This document shows positions 47,058 through 58,326 of a DNA stretch of 64,000 bases, one piece after another. The position numbers were made by a program, and so were the translations under genes. Under the pieces are notes generated by a model that worked only from the letters and a program-made list of their open reading frames with translations, was not told where the DNA came from and ran no database searches. The DNA is from Macrostomum lignano (Eukaryota). The DNA is taken from positions 124,001 to 188,000 of the forward strand of contig NIVC01000415.1 in NCBI GenBank assembly GCA_002269645.1, given 5' to 3'. Each line of letters opens with the position of its first letter. Position 1 is the first letter of the stretch.

Positions 47058-47094
<37 letters not shown>

Positions 47095-49330
47095 AAAACA
47101 ACTCAACCTAGCCCCGCCCCCAGCGCGCACGCAGGCCAAGCTATCACAACTGCGGCTCCACTTAAGTTTAAGTTCACAGGTCTTTAGAAATATTTGCATG
47201 CATATGCAGCACACTACGACAATGGTGCCTTGCATCTCCAACACCATCGCAGGCCTAGCGCAGACCACTGCCGCACTCACATGTTACGAAGGCAATCACA
47301 CAACTGTCACGGGCGAGTTTCCAACCAGTTCGCCAACCTGCACTACCAAAGACAAGACGGAGCTGTGCGTTGAGAAACGGCGCACCAACTGGGATTCTGA
47401 GCCGGGATTTTTTGTGAGAATTAATTCACTCCTCTGTCTTGACAGGGACATACATCTCTTATTACATGAAGCTCATTCTCGCTTGAAACCCAACCCCCGC
47501 CAGGAGCTTTACTTTGGCTGCGGAAAATGCGGCAGCTTTGACAATAAAGTTGTCGAATGCCAAGAGTGCAAGACAGATAAGTGCAATAGCAAATACGGCA
47601 GCGATCTGAAGCCAAGCGTCTCCAAGCTCAAGCTGTGCTACAACTCGCTCATTACACCTAAAGGCCCGCTGCCGATACCCGTGTACTGCCCGAAGGAGCA
47701 GAATTGTACTTACAGCAGGAATCCCTCTGATGCTGATGTGAGCTCGGTTGCTGCATGAGATACGAGCTGCAGGGAGCTCGAGGTGCTAGCGATGGGTTGT
47801 GATCCACTTAATAAAAAGAGGCTCTGGTGATATAAAGGATCTGAGAGAGTCACAGCTAGATTAAAGTCGAAGGGGGACTGAGAGAGTCACAGAGGTTAAA
47901 GTCGGGGGATCTGGGAGAGTCACAGAGGTTAAAGTCGCGGGATCTGGGAGAGTCACAGAGGTTAAAGTCGGAGGGGGGGGACTGAGAGAGTCACAGAGGT
48001 TAAAGTCGCGGGATCTGGGAGAGTCACAGAGGTTAAAGTCGCGGGATCTGGGAGAGTCACAGAGGTTAAAGTCGGAGGGGGGGGGACTGAGAGAGTCACA
48101 GAGGTTAAAGTCGCGGGATCTGGGAGAGTCACAGAGGTTAAAGTCGCGGGATCTGATCATGAGAGTCACAGAGGTTAAAGTCGCGGGATCTGGGAGAGTC
48201 ACAGAGGTTAAAGTCGCGGGATCTGATCATGAGAGTCACAGAGGTTAAAGTCGCGGGATCTGAGAGAGTCACAGAGGTTAAAGTCGCGGGATCTGATCAT
48301 GAGAGTCACAGAGGTTAAAGTCGCGGGATCTGGGAGAGTCACAGAGGTTAAAGTCGCGGGATCTGAGAGAGTCACAGAGGTTAAAGTCGGGGAATCTGAG
48401 AGAGTCACAGACGTTAAAGACGGGGATCTGATCATGAGAGTCACAGAGGTTAAAGACGGGGATCTGAGAGAGTCACAGAGGTTAAAGTCGGGGAATCTGG
48501 GAGAGTCACAGAGGTTAAAGACGGGGAATCTGGGAGAGTCACAGAGGTTAAAGACGGGGAATCTGGGAGAGTCACAGAGGTTAAAGACGGGGAATCTGAG
48601 AGAGTCACAGAGGTTAAAGACGGGGAATCTGAGAGAGTCACAGAGGTTAAAGACGGGGATCTGATCATGAGAGTCACAGAGGTTAAAGACGGGGAATCTG
48701 AGAGAGTCACAGAGGTTAAAGTCGGGGAATCTGGGAGAGTCACAGAGGTTAAAAACGGGGAATCTGGGAGAGTCACAGAGGTTAAAGACGGGGAATCTGG
48801 GAGAGTCACAGAGGTTAAAGACGGGGAATCTGGGACAGTCACAAAGGTTAAAGTCGGGGATCTGGGACAGTCACAGAGGTTAAAGTCGGCAACATGCCAC
48901 ACAATTTCAGCACATCCTCACAGGCTGTCAGTCGCACTGCCCCAAACTGAAGTGGAAGGACTGCCAATACTGCAGCCACGACCTGTGCAATCTTAACGTT
49001 GGCAGCGTCAACAGCAGCGGCGGCGGTGGCGGCGGCAGCGGCGGCGGCAGCGGCAGCGGCGGCGGTGGCAGCGGCGGTTCAGTCGCCCCCGCTCCAACGC
49101 AAGCGCCAATCCTGATGGAGAAGGTGGAGCTGCCACCGCCGCCGCCATCCATGGAGGTGGCCAAAGCATCCGTTGAGAGCAGCAACCGGGGGCGGAGAGC
49201 GACAAGTCGTCAACGAAGCCGAAGATTGCCGGCAGCAAGTCTGGCGCAGACGCCGCGGTGCAGCCGGTTTCCATGGCAACCATGCTTTTTGCTGCTAGTG
49301 CCTGCCTTCTGGGCCTGTCTGCCTGACTGA
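42127..49330 (+). CDS. Two-domain Ly6/uPAR (three-finger) protein with signal peptide, Gly-rich linker and likely GPI signal, 285 aa
   Basis: Exons 42127-42169 (signal peptide MWNLAVSLLLAVVL, phase-1 GTAAGT donor), 47253-47413, 47504-47737 and 48911-49330. Two 8-Cys domains, LTCYEG...CQECKTDKCN and LKLCYN...CQYCSHDLCN, and a hydrophobic C-terminus PCFLLLVPAFWACL. Confidence 0.82.
42330..42630 (+). mobile_element. tRNA-derived SINE-like copy abutting the Gypsy 3' LTR
   Basis: B box GGTTCGAATCC at 42393-42403 and the shared core GTACACATGCC...AAAGTCAGGGCCGCTGTACACCCCGTGTGAGCGTGT. Confidence 0.62.
42940..46833 (-). pseudogene. Disrupted gag-pol polyprotein: Gag with two CCHC knuckles, protease, RT, RNase H, integrase
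   Basis: CYRCLSAKHLAAKC and CFKCGKMGHTAAAC; protease IDTGA; RT LPFGISPA and FIDD; RNase H CDSS...NYSQTEKEALA; integrase H-H-C-C, DYAGP, SDNGP, SNGLAERAV. There is a frameshift near 45360 (CADFKCT/VNQ), a frameshift near 43740 (HSK/WIEV) and an in-frame TAA at 43317-43315. Confidence 0.9.
46830..46844 (-). promoter_or_regulatory. Primer-binding site complementary to the 3' end of tRNA-Ser(GCU)
   Basis: The plus strand reads CCATCCTCGTCGCCA, the 3' end (with CCA) of metazoan tRNA-Ser(GCU) as recalled. It lies 1 nt inside the 5' LTR. Confidence 0.8.
47836..48889. repeat. About 33-bp minisatellite filling Ly6 intron 3
   Basis: (GAGAGTCACAGAGGTTAAAGTCGCGGGATCTGG)n with variants. Confidence 0.94.
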
Positions 49331-49659
49331 CTGCCTGTAGCTTATAGAGTGCAACAAGACTCTGTCCTTAACGTGACGTATTTAAAGCTCGCGTAAGTAG
49401 TATGCTAAGGAAATTTTTGTTATTTATAAGACGCTAAGTAATTACCTTAGGGTAGTTATAGACATTTTTAGTTTATCAGATAACGAAGCTCGTATTGCAA
49501 TAAAACTTTTTCATTTATTGTGTCAAGACAGAGCGCTAAGCCTCGACTGTTAAGATGTTTCTCTATTAGCCCACTCTGTATCAACTTCACTCTTCCATAG
49601 GTGTTCACTCAGTCCCAAGTTCACTCTATCCTCAATTTTACTATTTTAATAATTTCATT

Positions 49660-49860
49660 CTCACCTGCCATTAGCTCACTTTGCCATAAGTCCACTCCGT
49701 AATAGTTCACTCTGCCATAAGTCTACTCTGCCATAAGTTCACTCTGCCATAAGTCCACTTTGAAATAGTTCACTCTGCCATAAGTACACTTTGCCATAAG
49801 TTCACTCATAGTAGTCCACTCTGCCATAAGTCCACTCTGCCATAAGTTCACTCTGCCATA
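49660..49860. repeat. 16-bp degenerate minisatellite
   Basis: (AGTTCACTCTGCCATA)n. Confidence 0.8.
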
Positions 49861-50479
49861 CATTCCCTGCGCTCGCGGTAACTTTGCTACTAAAACTTGT
49901 TGCTTTTTTTCTACACATAGTTTGCTTCCTGCTCTCAACAATATTTTTACTTTCGTTATTAAAATCCCGATCAGCAAAAGGTGACCCTATATAAGTTTCC
50001 TGAAATTTTGCCCACTAAAAGAGGTTGTGTAAACTTAAGTTTGTCTCGGTCAAGACTCCGGCTGCAGATGCGATGGACGCGCATGCAATTAGCGCTCACA
50101 ATAAATTCTTTTCGAAAACTCACTGCAAGCAGAAACTAATTTGACGCAGAGCTGCTAAAGCAGCTATGGGAATGCATTTTCTGCTTTCCTTTTGAGCTCT
50201 TTTGCATGGTTCGCTTTGACTTGCCTAGCGAGCTGTCAGCTGCAGCCTCCTAACACTAATTAGTGAGCCAGGCGCTCCATCCTCTCCTGCAATATTCATC
50301 TCCGGGACATCATGGCTGACAGCTGCCCTGCAGGTGCAGGTGAACCTGTGTGCTTATAATAATGGACTGGGTACAGGACGGCGGTCAACTTGTGCCTGAC
50401 AATATCTTTATTCTTGTCTGGCTTGAGTCAACTGCATGTACGGTTATGTTCGGAGATCAAATTAATCTATTAACAATAA

Positions 50480-51510
50480 TGACACAGTAGTTGGGAGAGT
50501 GACCCAGTAGATGGGAGAGTGGCACAGTAGATGAGAAAGTGACACAGTAGATGAGAAAGTGACACAGTAGATAAGAAAGTGACACAGTAGATGAGAAAGT
50601 GACACAGTAGATGTGAGAGTGACACAGCAGATGGGAGAGTGACACAGTAGATGTGAGAGTGACACAGCAGATAGGAGAGTGACACAGTAGATGGGAAAGT
50701 GACACAGTAGATGTGAGAGTGACACAGTAGATGGGAAAGTGACACAGTAGATGTGAGAGTGACACAGTAGATGTGAGAGTGACACAGCAAATAGGAGAGT
50801 GACACAGCAGATGGGAGAATGACACAGCAGATGGGAGATTGACACAGTGAATGGGAGAGTGACACAGTGAATGGGAGAGTGACACAGTAGATGTGAGAGT
50901 GACACAGTAGATGAGAGAGTGACACAGTGAATGGGAGAGTGACACGGTGAATTGGAGAGTGACACAGTAGATGAAAGAATGACCCAGTGAATGGGAGAGT
51001 GACACAGTGAATGGGAGAGTGACACAGTAGATGAAAGAATGACCCAGTGAATGGGAGAGTGACACAGTGAATGGGAGAGTGACACAGTGAATTGGAGAGT
51101 GACACAGTGAATTGGAGAGTGACACAGTGAATTGGAGAGTGACACAGTGGATGAAAGAGTGACACAGTAGATGGGAGTGACACACACAGTGAATGGGAGA
51201 GTGACACAGTGAATGGGAGAGTGACACAGTGAATGGGAGAGTGACACAGTGAATGGGAGAGTGACACAGTAGATGAAAGAATGACCCAGTGAATGGGAGA
51301 GTAACACAGTGAATGGGAGAGTGACACAGTAGATGAAAGAATGACCCAGTGAATGGGAGAGTGACACAGTGAATGGGAGAGTGACACAGTAGATGAAAGA
51401 GTGACACAGTGAATTGGAGAGTGACACAATGAATGGGAGAGTGACACAGTGGATGAAAGAGTGACACAGTAGATGGGAGAGTGACACAAGTAGATGGGAA
51501 AGTGACACAG
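50480..51510. repeat. 20-bp purine-rich minisatellite
   Basis: (GTGACACAGTGAATGGGAGA)n / (GTGACACAGTAGATGTGAGA)n. Confidence 0.95.
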
Positions 51511-51869
51511 AGTGGACAGGAGATTGACAAGATTGGGTTAAGCTGAAGACATACACATACATGTAGTGGGCAGCTGAGACACAATTAACCAGAGATGGCT
51601 AATTCCCTTTAATTCAAACACACTTAGTCACATTCACCATAGAACCCACACCTTGCCAATCAATTAAAAAAGCTATTTTGGAGACTGTCTTCTGGCAAAA
51701 ATTCTGTTCATTTTCTGTTATTACAAAAGCTACTGAAGCTCTGCTATTGCTGTTCTGTCGAAGCCAATGCCAAAATCCCATTGGCTGCCAGGCCAACAGT
51801 GCAGTCGATAAATAATAATTTATAGAGGCTTTGCTGCTCTGAGGATTAGTCGGCACGCCAGCTGCTGAG

Positions 51870-54800
51870 ATGCAGCAGCAACAGCCGCAGTCGTTCTGGC
51901 GTCGGCTGCTGACGTCAGCAGCTCGAAGGCGGCACCTCGGACCTGCCCTGGCCGCACTGGCCACCGTGGCAGCCACCCTGCTGACTGCCGGAGCCGCCTG
52001 CAGCGACAGCTGGGCCCTGCTGGACCTGCTGGTGTCCACCGCAGAGTCTGCGACCGCAACTTCAGCTCCACAGGGGGTCAGAGTTGGCGAGAAATTCATT
52101 TCCAAGACTGTCTTGAAATGCCAACAGGGACTTTGGAGTGTCCGGTGTGCGGGTGAGCGGCTCGGATTAGCGGCTGGGTTTCTTAGAATGGATTGCTGAT
52201 CTATATCCACAGGAGAATAAAATATATTGCTAATCTATATCCACAGGAGAATAGAATGGATTGCTGATCTATATCCACAGGAGATTAGAATGGATTGCTG
52301 ATCTATATCCACAGGAGATTAGAATGGATTGCTAATCTATATCCACAGGAGATTAGAATGGATTGCTGATCTATATCCACAGGAGATTAGAATGGATTGC
52401 TGATCTATATCCACAGGAGATTAGAATGGATTGCTGATCTATATCCACAGGAGATTAGAATGGATTGCTGATCTATATCCACAGGAGATTAGAATGGATT
52501 GCTGATCTATATCCACAGGAGATTAGAATGGATTGCTGATCTATATCCACAGGAGATTAGAATGGATTGCTAATCTATATCTACAGGAGAATAAATTGGA
52601 TTGCTAATCTATATCCACAGGAGAATAAATTGGATTGCTAATCTATATCCACAGGAGAATAAAATGGATTGCTAATCTATATTCACTAAATAATAAATTG
52701 AATTGCTAATCTATATTCAAAATAAAATTATTTATAGAATGGGTTGCTAATCTATATCCACAAGAGATTAGAATGGATTGCTAATCTATATCCACGAGGT
52801 AGCCCACCCATCATATTTCTAGGCATCGATGTGCATTCAGTTTTCAAAGTTGCATTCATTTTTCTGCAGTGTCCAAACCTGGCCCGACAGAGTTGCTGGC
52901 CTGGCTCTTTAGCGAACAGCAGCAGGAGCTGGAGACCGCTGCGGACAAAGCCATCGCCTGTAAGTGCGGCTGTGTGAGCGGAATTCAGTGTTCCAGAGCG
53001 ACAGATCGTTGACAGGGGAGTGATGTGTTTGAACGGAGAGTGACAGAGTAGTCAGGGGAGTGACAGAGTAGTCAGGGGAGGGACAGAGTAGCCAGGGGAG
53101 GGACAGAGTAGCCAGGGGAGTGACAGTAGACAGCAGAGTGCCAGAGTAGTCAGGGGAGTGACAGTAGACAGGGGAGTGACAGAGTATAGTCTGCGGAGTG
53201 ACAGTAGACAGGGGAGTGACAGAGTAGTCTGCGGAGTGACAGTAGACAGGGGAGTGACAGAGTAGTCTGCGGAGTGACAGTAGACAGGGGAGTGACAGTT
53301 GACAGGGGAGTGACAGAGTAGTCAGGGGAGTGACAGTAGACAGGGGAGTGACAGAGTAGTCAGGGGAGGGACAGAGTAGCCAGGGGAGGGACAGAGTAGC
53401 CAGGGGAGCAACAGAGTAGTAGTCCGGGGAGTGACAGAGTAGTCAGGGAAGTGACAGAGTAGTCAGAGGAGTGACAGAGTAGTCAGGGGAGTGACAGTAG
53501 ACAGCAGAGTGCCAGAGTAGTCAGGGGAGTGACAGTAGACAGGGGAGTGACAGAGTATAGTCTGCGGAGTGACAGTAGACAGGGGAGTGACAGAGTAGTC
53601 TGCGGAGTGACAGTAGACAGGGGAGTGACAGAGTAGTCTGCGGAGTGACAGTAGACAGGGGAGTGACAGTAGACAGGGGAGTGACAGAGTAGTCAGGGGA
53701 GTGACAGTAGACAGGGGAGTGACAGAGTATAGTCTGCGGAGTGACAGTAGACAGGGGAGTGACAGAGTAGTCAGGGGAGTGACAGTAGACAGGGGAGTGA
53801 CAGAGTAGTCTGCGGAGTGACAGTAGACAGGGGAGTGACAGAGTAGTCTGCGGAGTGACAGTAGACAGGGGAGTGACAGAGTAGTCTGCGGAGTGACAGT
53901 AGACAGGGGAGTGACAGAGTGGGTAAGAGTGTCCGAGTCACCCTTCGATTCCTCAAACAGCACTGCTGCAGACGGCCGTCTCCTTCCTGGCGATCAGCAG
54001 CCTGCTGCAGCTGCTGTCTCACCTGTTCGCATTCTACTCGCTGGTGAATCCGCGCTACACCTTCAAGAGAGCGGCCGCGGCTCTGCACGGATTGATCAGT
54101 AATTTAGGGGTGGGGCGTTTTTGAGCCGCAGAGGCAATTTCATTTGTTGGGATATCAGGGGCACCACTCTAGGGTGTCAGAAGGTGCTACTCTAAGGTGT
54201 CAGGAAGCACCACTCTAGGGTGTCAGGAAGCACCACTCTAGGGTGTCAGGAAGCGCCATTCCAAGGCATCAGGAAGTGTCACTCTAGGGTGTCAGGAAGC
54301 GCCACTCTAGGGTGTCAGGAAGCGCCACTCTAGATGGTCAGGAAGCATCACTCTAGGGTGTCAGGAAGCGCCACTCTAGGGTATCAGAAAACGCCACTCT
54401 AGGGTGTCAGGAAGCACCACTCTAGGGTGTCAGGAAGCACCACTCTAGGGTGTCAGGAAGCACCACTCTAGGGTGTCAGGAAGCACCACTCTAGGGTGTC
54501 AGGAAGCACCACTCTAGGATGTCAGGAAGCACCACTCTAGGGTGTCAGGAAGCACCACTCTAGGGTGTCAGGAAGCACCACTCTAGGGTGTCAGGAAGCA
54601 CCACTCTAGGGTGTCAGGAAGCACCACTTTAGGGTGTCAGGAAGCACCACTCTAGGGTGTCAGGAAGCACTAACCTAGGGTCTAAGGTTGTCAGGAAGCG
54701 CCACTAGGATGTCAGAAGATCAGTATCCAGTGAAGGCCCTCTTTTTCAAACATCTATACGCAGCTGCCTGCCTGATCGTGTGCATCGATGTGTACACCCG

Positions 54801-55080
54801 TATCTTGAGAGCCGGCCACATCACCAAGAAGCTCATCGGCAGAAACGTGTCCTCGCACCAGCAGCAGTCAGCGAGAGTACTTGGCCTAATCAGCTGGTCC
54901 TCCGGTCCAGGTCTCATTCTAGTGTCCACGGCGGCCGCAGTTTTTGCCTGTTCAGCGTTTATTTTTCTGGGCCACAGCGGCAAACTGAAGGGTGCCCAGG
55001 CGCCGACGGACACGGTGGCCGAGGCTAACGAGGACGTGCTCATTGACCGGCTGCCCCGAGGACCGAGGGAGTCCGTTTAG
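51870..55080 (+). CDS. Claudin / PMP22 / CACNG-superfamily four-pass membrane protein, 4 exons, 275 aa
   Basis: Exons 51870-52152, 52870-52959, 53961-54098 and 54764-55080, all phase 1. TM1 is followed by SDSW and the W-GLW-C signature (CQQGLWSVRC). There are four hydrophobic segments, with NPRYTFKRAAAALH between TM2 and TM3. Confidence 0.8.
52182..52800. repeat. 34-bp minisatellite in claudin-like intron 1
   Basis: (GGATTGCTGATCTATATCCACAGGAGATTAGAAT)n. Confidence 0.94.
53020..53920. repeat. Compound GAGTGACAG-based minisatellite in claudin-like intron 2
   Basis: Alternating GGGGAGTGACAGAGTAGTC and GCGGAGTGACAGTAGACA units. Confidence 0.92.
54158..54710. repeat. 23-bp minisatellite in claudin-like intron 3
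   Basis: (CACCACTCTAGGGTGTCAGGAAG)n. Confidence 0.94.
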
Positions 55081-55239
55081 ATAAATCGTTAGAATAACAT
55101 TGCTGGCTACATTGTACATGTGCATATGCGTTCTATGAGATGACTCTCATTATTTTTAACTAGAGATTAGCTGCTTGGTGTACAGCTAATATGCAGTCAG
55201 TAGATTGTTGATTGGTAGGATGTAGGTTAGTGAAGTATG

Positions 55240-55520
55240 CAAGTAATTTGTTTGGTAGGGTGGATTGATAAGGTGGTAGAGAAGATAGCGTTTAGATACA
55301 GTAGATAACGGGTAGGTAGAGTACATAGCGGGTAGATAGGGAATAGCGAGTAGGTACAGTATTATAGGTAGAGTAGTACTAGAGTAATAGTAGAGTAATA
55401 GAGTGATAGGTAGAGTAGATAGCGGGGTAGGTAGAGTAGATAGCGGGTAGGTAAAGTATATAGCGGGTAGGTAGAGTAGATAGCGGACATGCATAGTAGA
55501 TAGCGGATAAGGGAAGTACG
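55240..55520. repeat. Degenerate GTAG/GATAG-rich repeat
   Basis: GTAGATAGCGGGTAGGTAGA-like units. Confidence 0.7.
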
Positions 55521-56448
55521 CAGCATATTTTGGCAGGGTAAATAGGGGAGTAGGGCAGAGCAGACAGCAGAATTTTCATACTGTAAATTAGCACTTGATG
55601 ATAGTACAACTGATGCGGGCAATGGCCGCATCCTTGTTTATTGTAACAATATAAAAGGATAGTTAAGCTTGCTATTATCAGTTCTGCCTGGGCGGCCAAC
55701 AGAGATAGGGCAGAGTGATTGCTGAATCCGGAAGGAATGCACTGGCGGTTGCACAACAATAAGATAGATAAATTATTGAGTGCCGGAGTGCCGGGGTGGC
55801 AAGAGTCTAAGGAGCCCAAGGCTGGCTAACGAATAAACAAGCAAGGAGTCCAGAGAGAGAGGGAAGCGAGAAGGCAGGAAAACAAGGCAACCCCGAGCGC
55901 CCCAGCCAGACAGGACTGATAAGGAGCGGGCTGGGGGTGGGTGCGCGCGGAGAACTTAATTTCAGGCTAACATAATTTATGCGCGGCTTTTCTATTGGCC
56001 GGCGAGAAAAACAGAAATTATCGATCGCCTACTGTACTTAGGCCTTACAAACGTACGCAAGTTATTTAAAATTCTTTGGCCACTACTTTAAGCAGACGTG
56101 AGAGTAGGGGACCATTAAATTGACAATATTACAGATTGATACCGTATGTTACTCGTAAAATGGTCCTTGACGGGGCTACTTAAATTGACAACGTCACACT
56201 GTATTCGTGCTGTTAGATGTTATTAACTTTGTCTACAGTTACCATTCAGCTTTAAATAAAATGATTATTATTGATCCATCTGATAGATGTATGCAGTGCA
56301 TGCAGATAACTAAACCAGAGCTACGAATGTACTCTTAGATATCGGATGCAAGAGCAGAGACTTACAATACACCAATATGCAAAACTAGCTTGTCGTAGGA
56401 AAACGATTTCTTGGAAAAGCAACATCGTGTCGCTGACTTCCTGCTTCG

Positions 56449-57513
56449 CAGTGGCGTCGCCACAGGGAAGAACAGGTAGACATGCCCGCCACCCCCCTCC
56501 CAGTAAAAGCTATGGTGGCACATGCCAATGCTTTGTCACCCCACCTCACCTTGTGACCCGTTATGGAAATCAATGATTTTGCTTCGGGGCCCCAAAATAT
56601 AGCGCTTTCGGCGCCAAAATGAGTGTCTGCCTGCGGCGCCAAAATAAGTGTCTGCCTGCGGCACCAAAATAAGTGTCTGCCTGGGGCGCCAAAATGAGTG
56701 TCTGCCTGCGGCACCAAAATGAGTGTCTGCCTGCGGCACCAAAATGAGTGTCTGCCTGCGGCACCAAAATGAGTGTCTGCCTGCGGCACCAAAATGAGTG
56801 TCTGCCTGCGGCACCAAAATGAGTGTCTGCCTGCGGCGCCAAAATGAGTGTCTGCCTGCGGCACCAAAATGGGTGTCTGCCTGCGGCGCCAAAATGAGTG
56901 TCTGCCTGCGGCACCAAAATAAGTCTGTCTGCTCGCCAAAATGAGTGTCTGCCTGCGGCACCAAAATGAGTTTCTTACCTGCGGCACCAAAATGAGTGTC
57001 TGCCTGCGGCACCAAAATGAGTGTCTGCCTGCGGCACCAAAATGAGTGTCTGCCTGCGGCACCAAAATGAGTGTCTGCCTGCGGCGCCAAAATGAGTGTC
57101 TGCCTGCGGCGCCAAAATAAGTCTGCCTGCGGCGCCAAAATGAGTGTCTGCCTGCGGCGCCAAAATAAGTCTGCCTGCGGCGCCAAAATGAGTGTCTGCC
57201 TGCGGCGCCAAAATGAGTGTCTTACCTGCGGCACCAAAATGAGTTTCTTACCTGTGGCACCAAAATGAGCGTCTGCCTGCGGCACCAAAATGAGTGTCTG
57301 CCTGCGGCGCCAAAATGAGTGTCTGCCTGCGGCGCCAAAATAAGTCTGCCTGCGGCGCCAAAATGAGTGTCTGCCTGCGGCGCCAAAATAAGTCAGCCTG
57401 CGGCGCCAAAATGAGTGCTAAAAACACTGATTCCCAAACTAATGTAGGAATTTATAGTCATGTAGAATTCTTGGCTCCGTCCCCCCTACATAAAATATAT
57501 GGCGAGGCCCCTG
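56449..57513. mobile_element. hAT-like MITE shell containing a 25-bp tandem array
   Basis: Imperfect TIR CAGTGGCGTCGCCA / TGGCGAGGCCCCTG; no clean TSD. The array CCAAAATGAGTGTCTGCCTGCGGC(A/G) spans about 56590-57418. Confidence 0.55.
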
Positions 57514-57764
57514 CCTCCTTGCGCAATACTTGTTTAAGTGTCAAATTAAGTCAATAATTGCGAGTAGAATAATTACAAGATATCAACTTGCTTGTTTATG
57601 TTATCATAAAAATCTCAAATGACGGAGAACTAATCGTCTACTTACATTATTAAGTAGTATATTTCGCTCTTGCACTTTACGTTAAACAGAACATGAATAA
57701 TGAATACGAAACTAATTTTTGCAAAGCATATTCCGTAATGATCCGTAACAAGGGGTAGATCAGA

Positions 57765-58195
57765 GATTAGGGAGTGACGAGGATATTAGGGAGTGACGAG
57801 AAGATTAGGTAGTGACGAGATTAGGGAGTGACGAGGAGATTAGGTAGTGCCGAGATTAAGGTGACGAGATTAGGGAGTGACGAGGAGATTAGGGAGTGAC
57901 GAGGAGATTATGGAGTGACGAGGAGATTAGGGAGTGACGAGGAGATTAGGGAGTGACGAGGAGATTAGGGAGAGACGAGGAGATGAGGGAGTGACGAGGA
58001 GATTATGGAGTGACGAGATTAGGGAGTGATGAGGAGATTAGGGAGTGACGAGGAGATTATGGAGTGACGAGATTAGGGAGTGATGAGGAGATTAGGGAGT
58101 GACGAGGAGATTAGGGAGTGACGAGGAGATTAGGGAGTGACGAGGAGGATTAGGGAGTGACGAGGAGATTAGGGAGTGACGAGATCAGGGAGCTA
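57765..58195. repeat. 19-bp minisatellite
   Basis: (GAGATTAGGGAGTGACGAG)n. Confidence 0.92.
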
Positions 58196-58326
58196 CAGAG
58201 ATAAGGATGTGACGAATAACGAGAGAACTATAGGGAGAAGGGGTGATCAGGGACAGAAAAGAACACGCTTATTAAGAGAAGAGTGACAAGGTCAGACACA
58301 GTCAGACTGACAACAGTCAGCAAGTG

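Larger units (their letters stand above)
42634..47148 (-). mobile_element. Ty3/Gypsy LTR retrotransposon (Mag-like), full length but defective, antisense in intron 1 of the Ly6 gene
   Basis: 5' LTR 47148-46846 (TG...CA on the minus strand) and 3' LTR about 42849-42634. PBS TGGCGACGAGGATGG at 46844-46830; PPT GGAGGGGA at 42857-42850. The gag-pol region is 46833-42940. Confidence 0.93.

Noticed and set aside
47753-47830. In-frame TGA followed by TSCRELEVLAMGC as selenocysteine or readthrough in the Ly6 gene
   Set aside because: A GTGAGC donor at 47738 splices in phase to 48911 and completes the second LU domain, so the segment is intronic.
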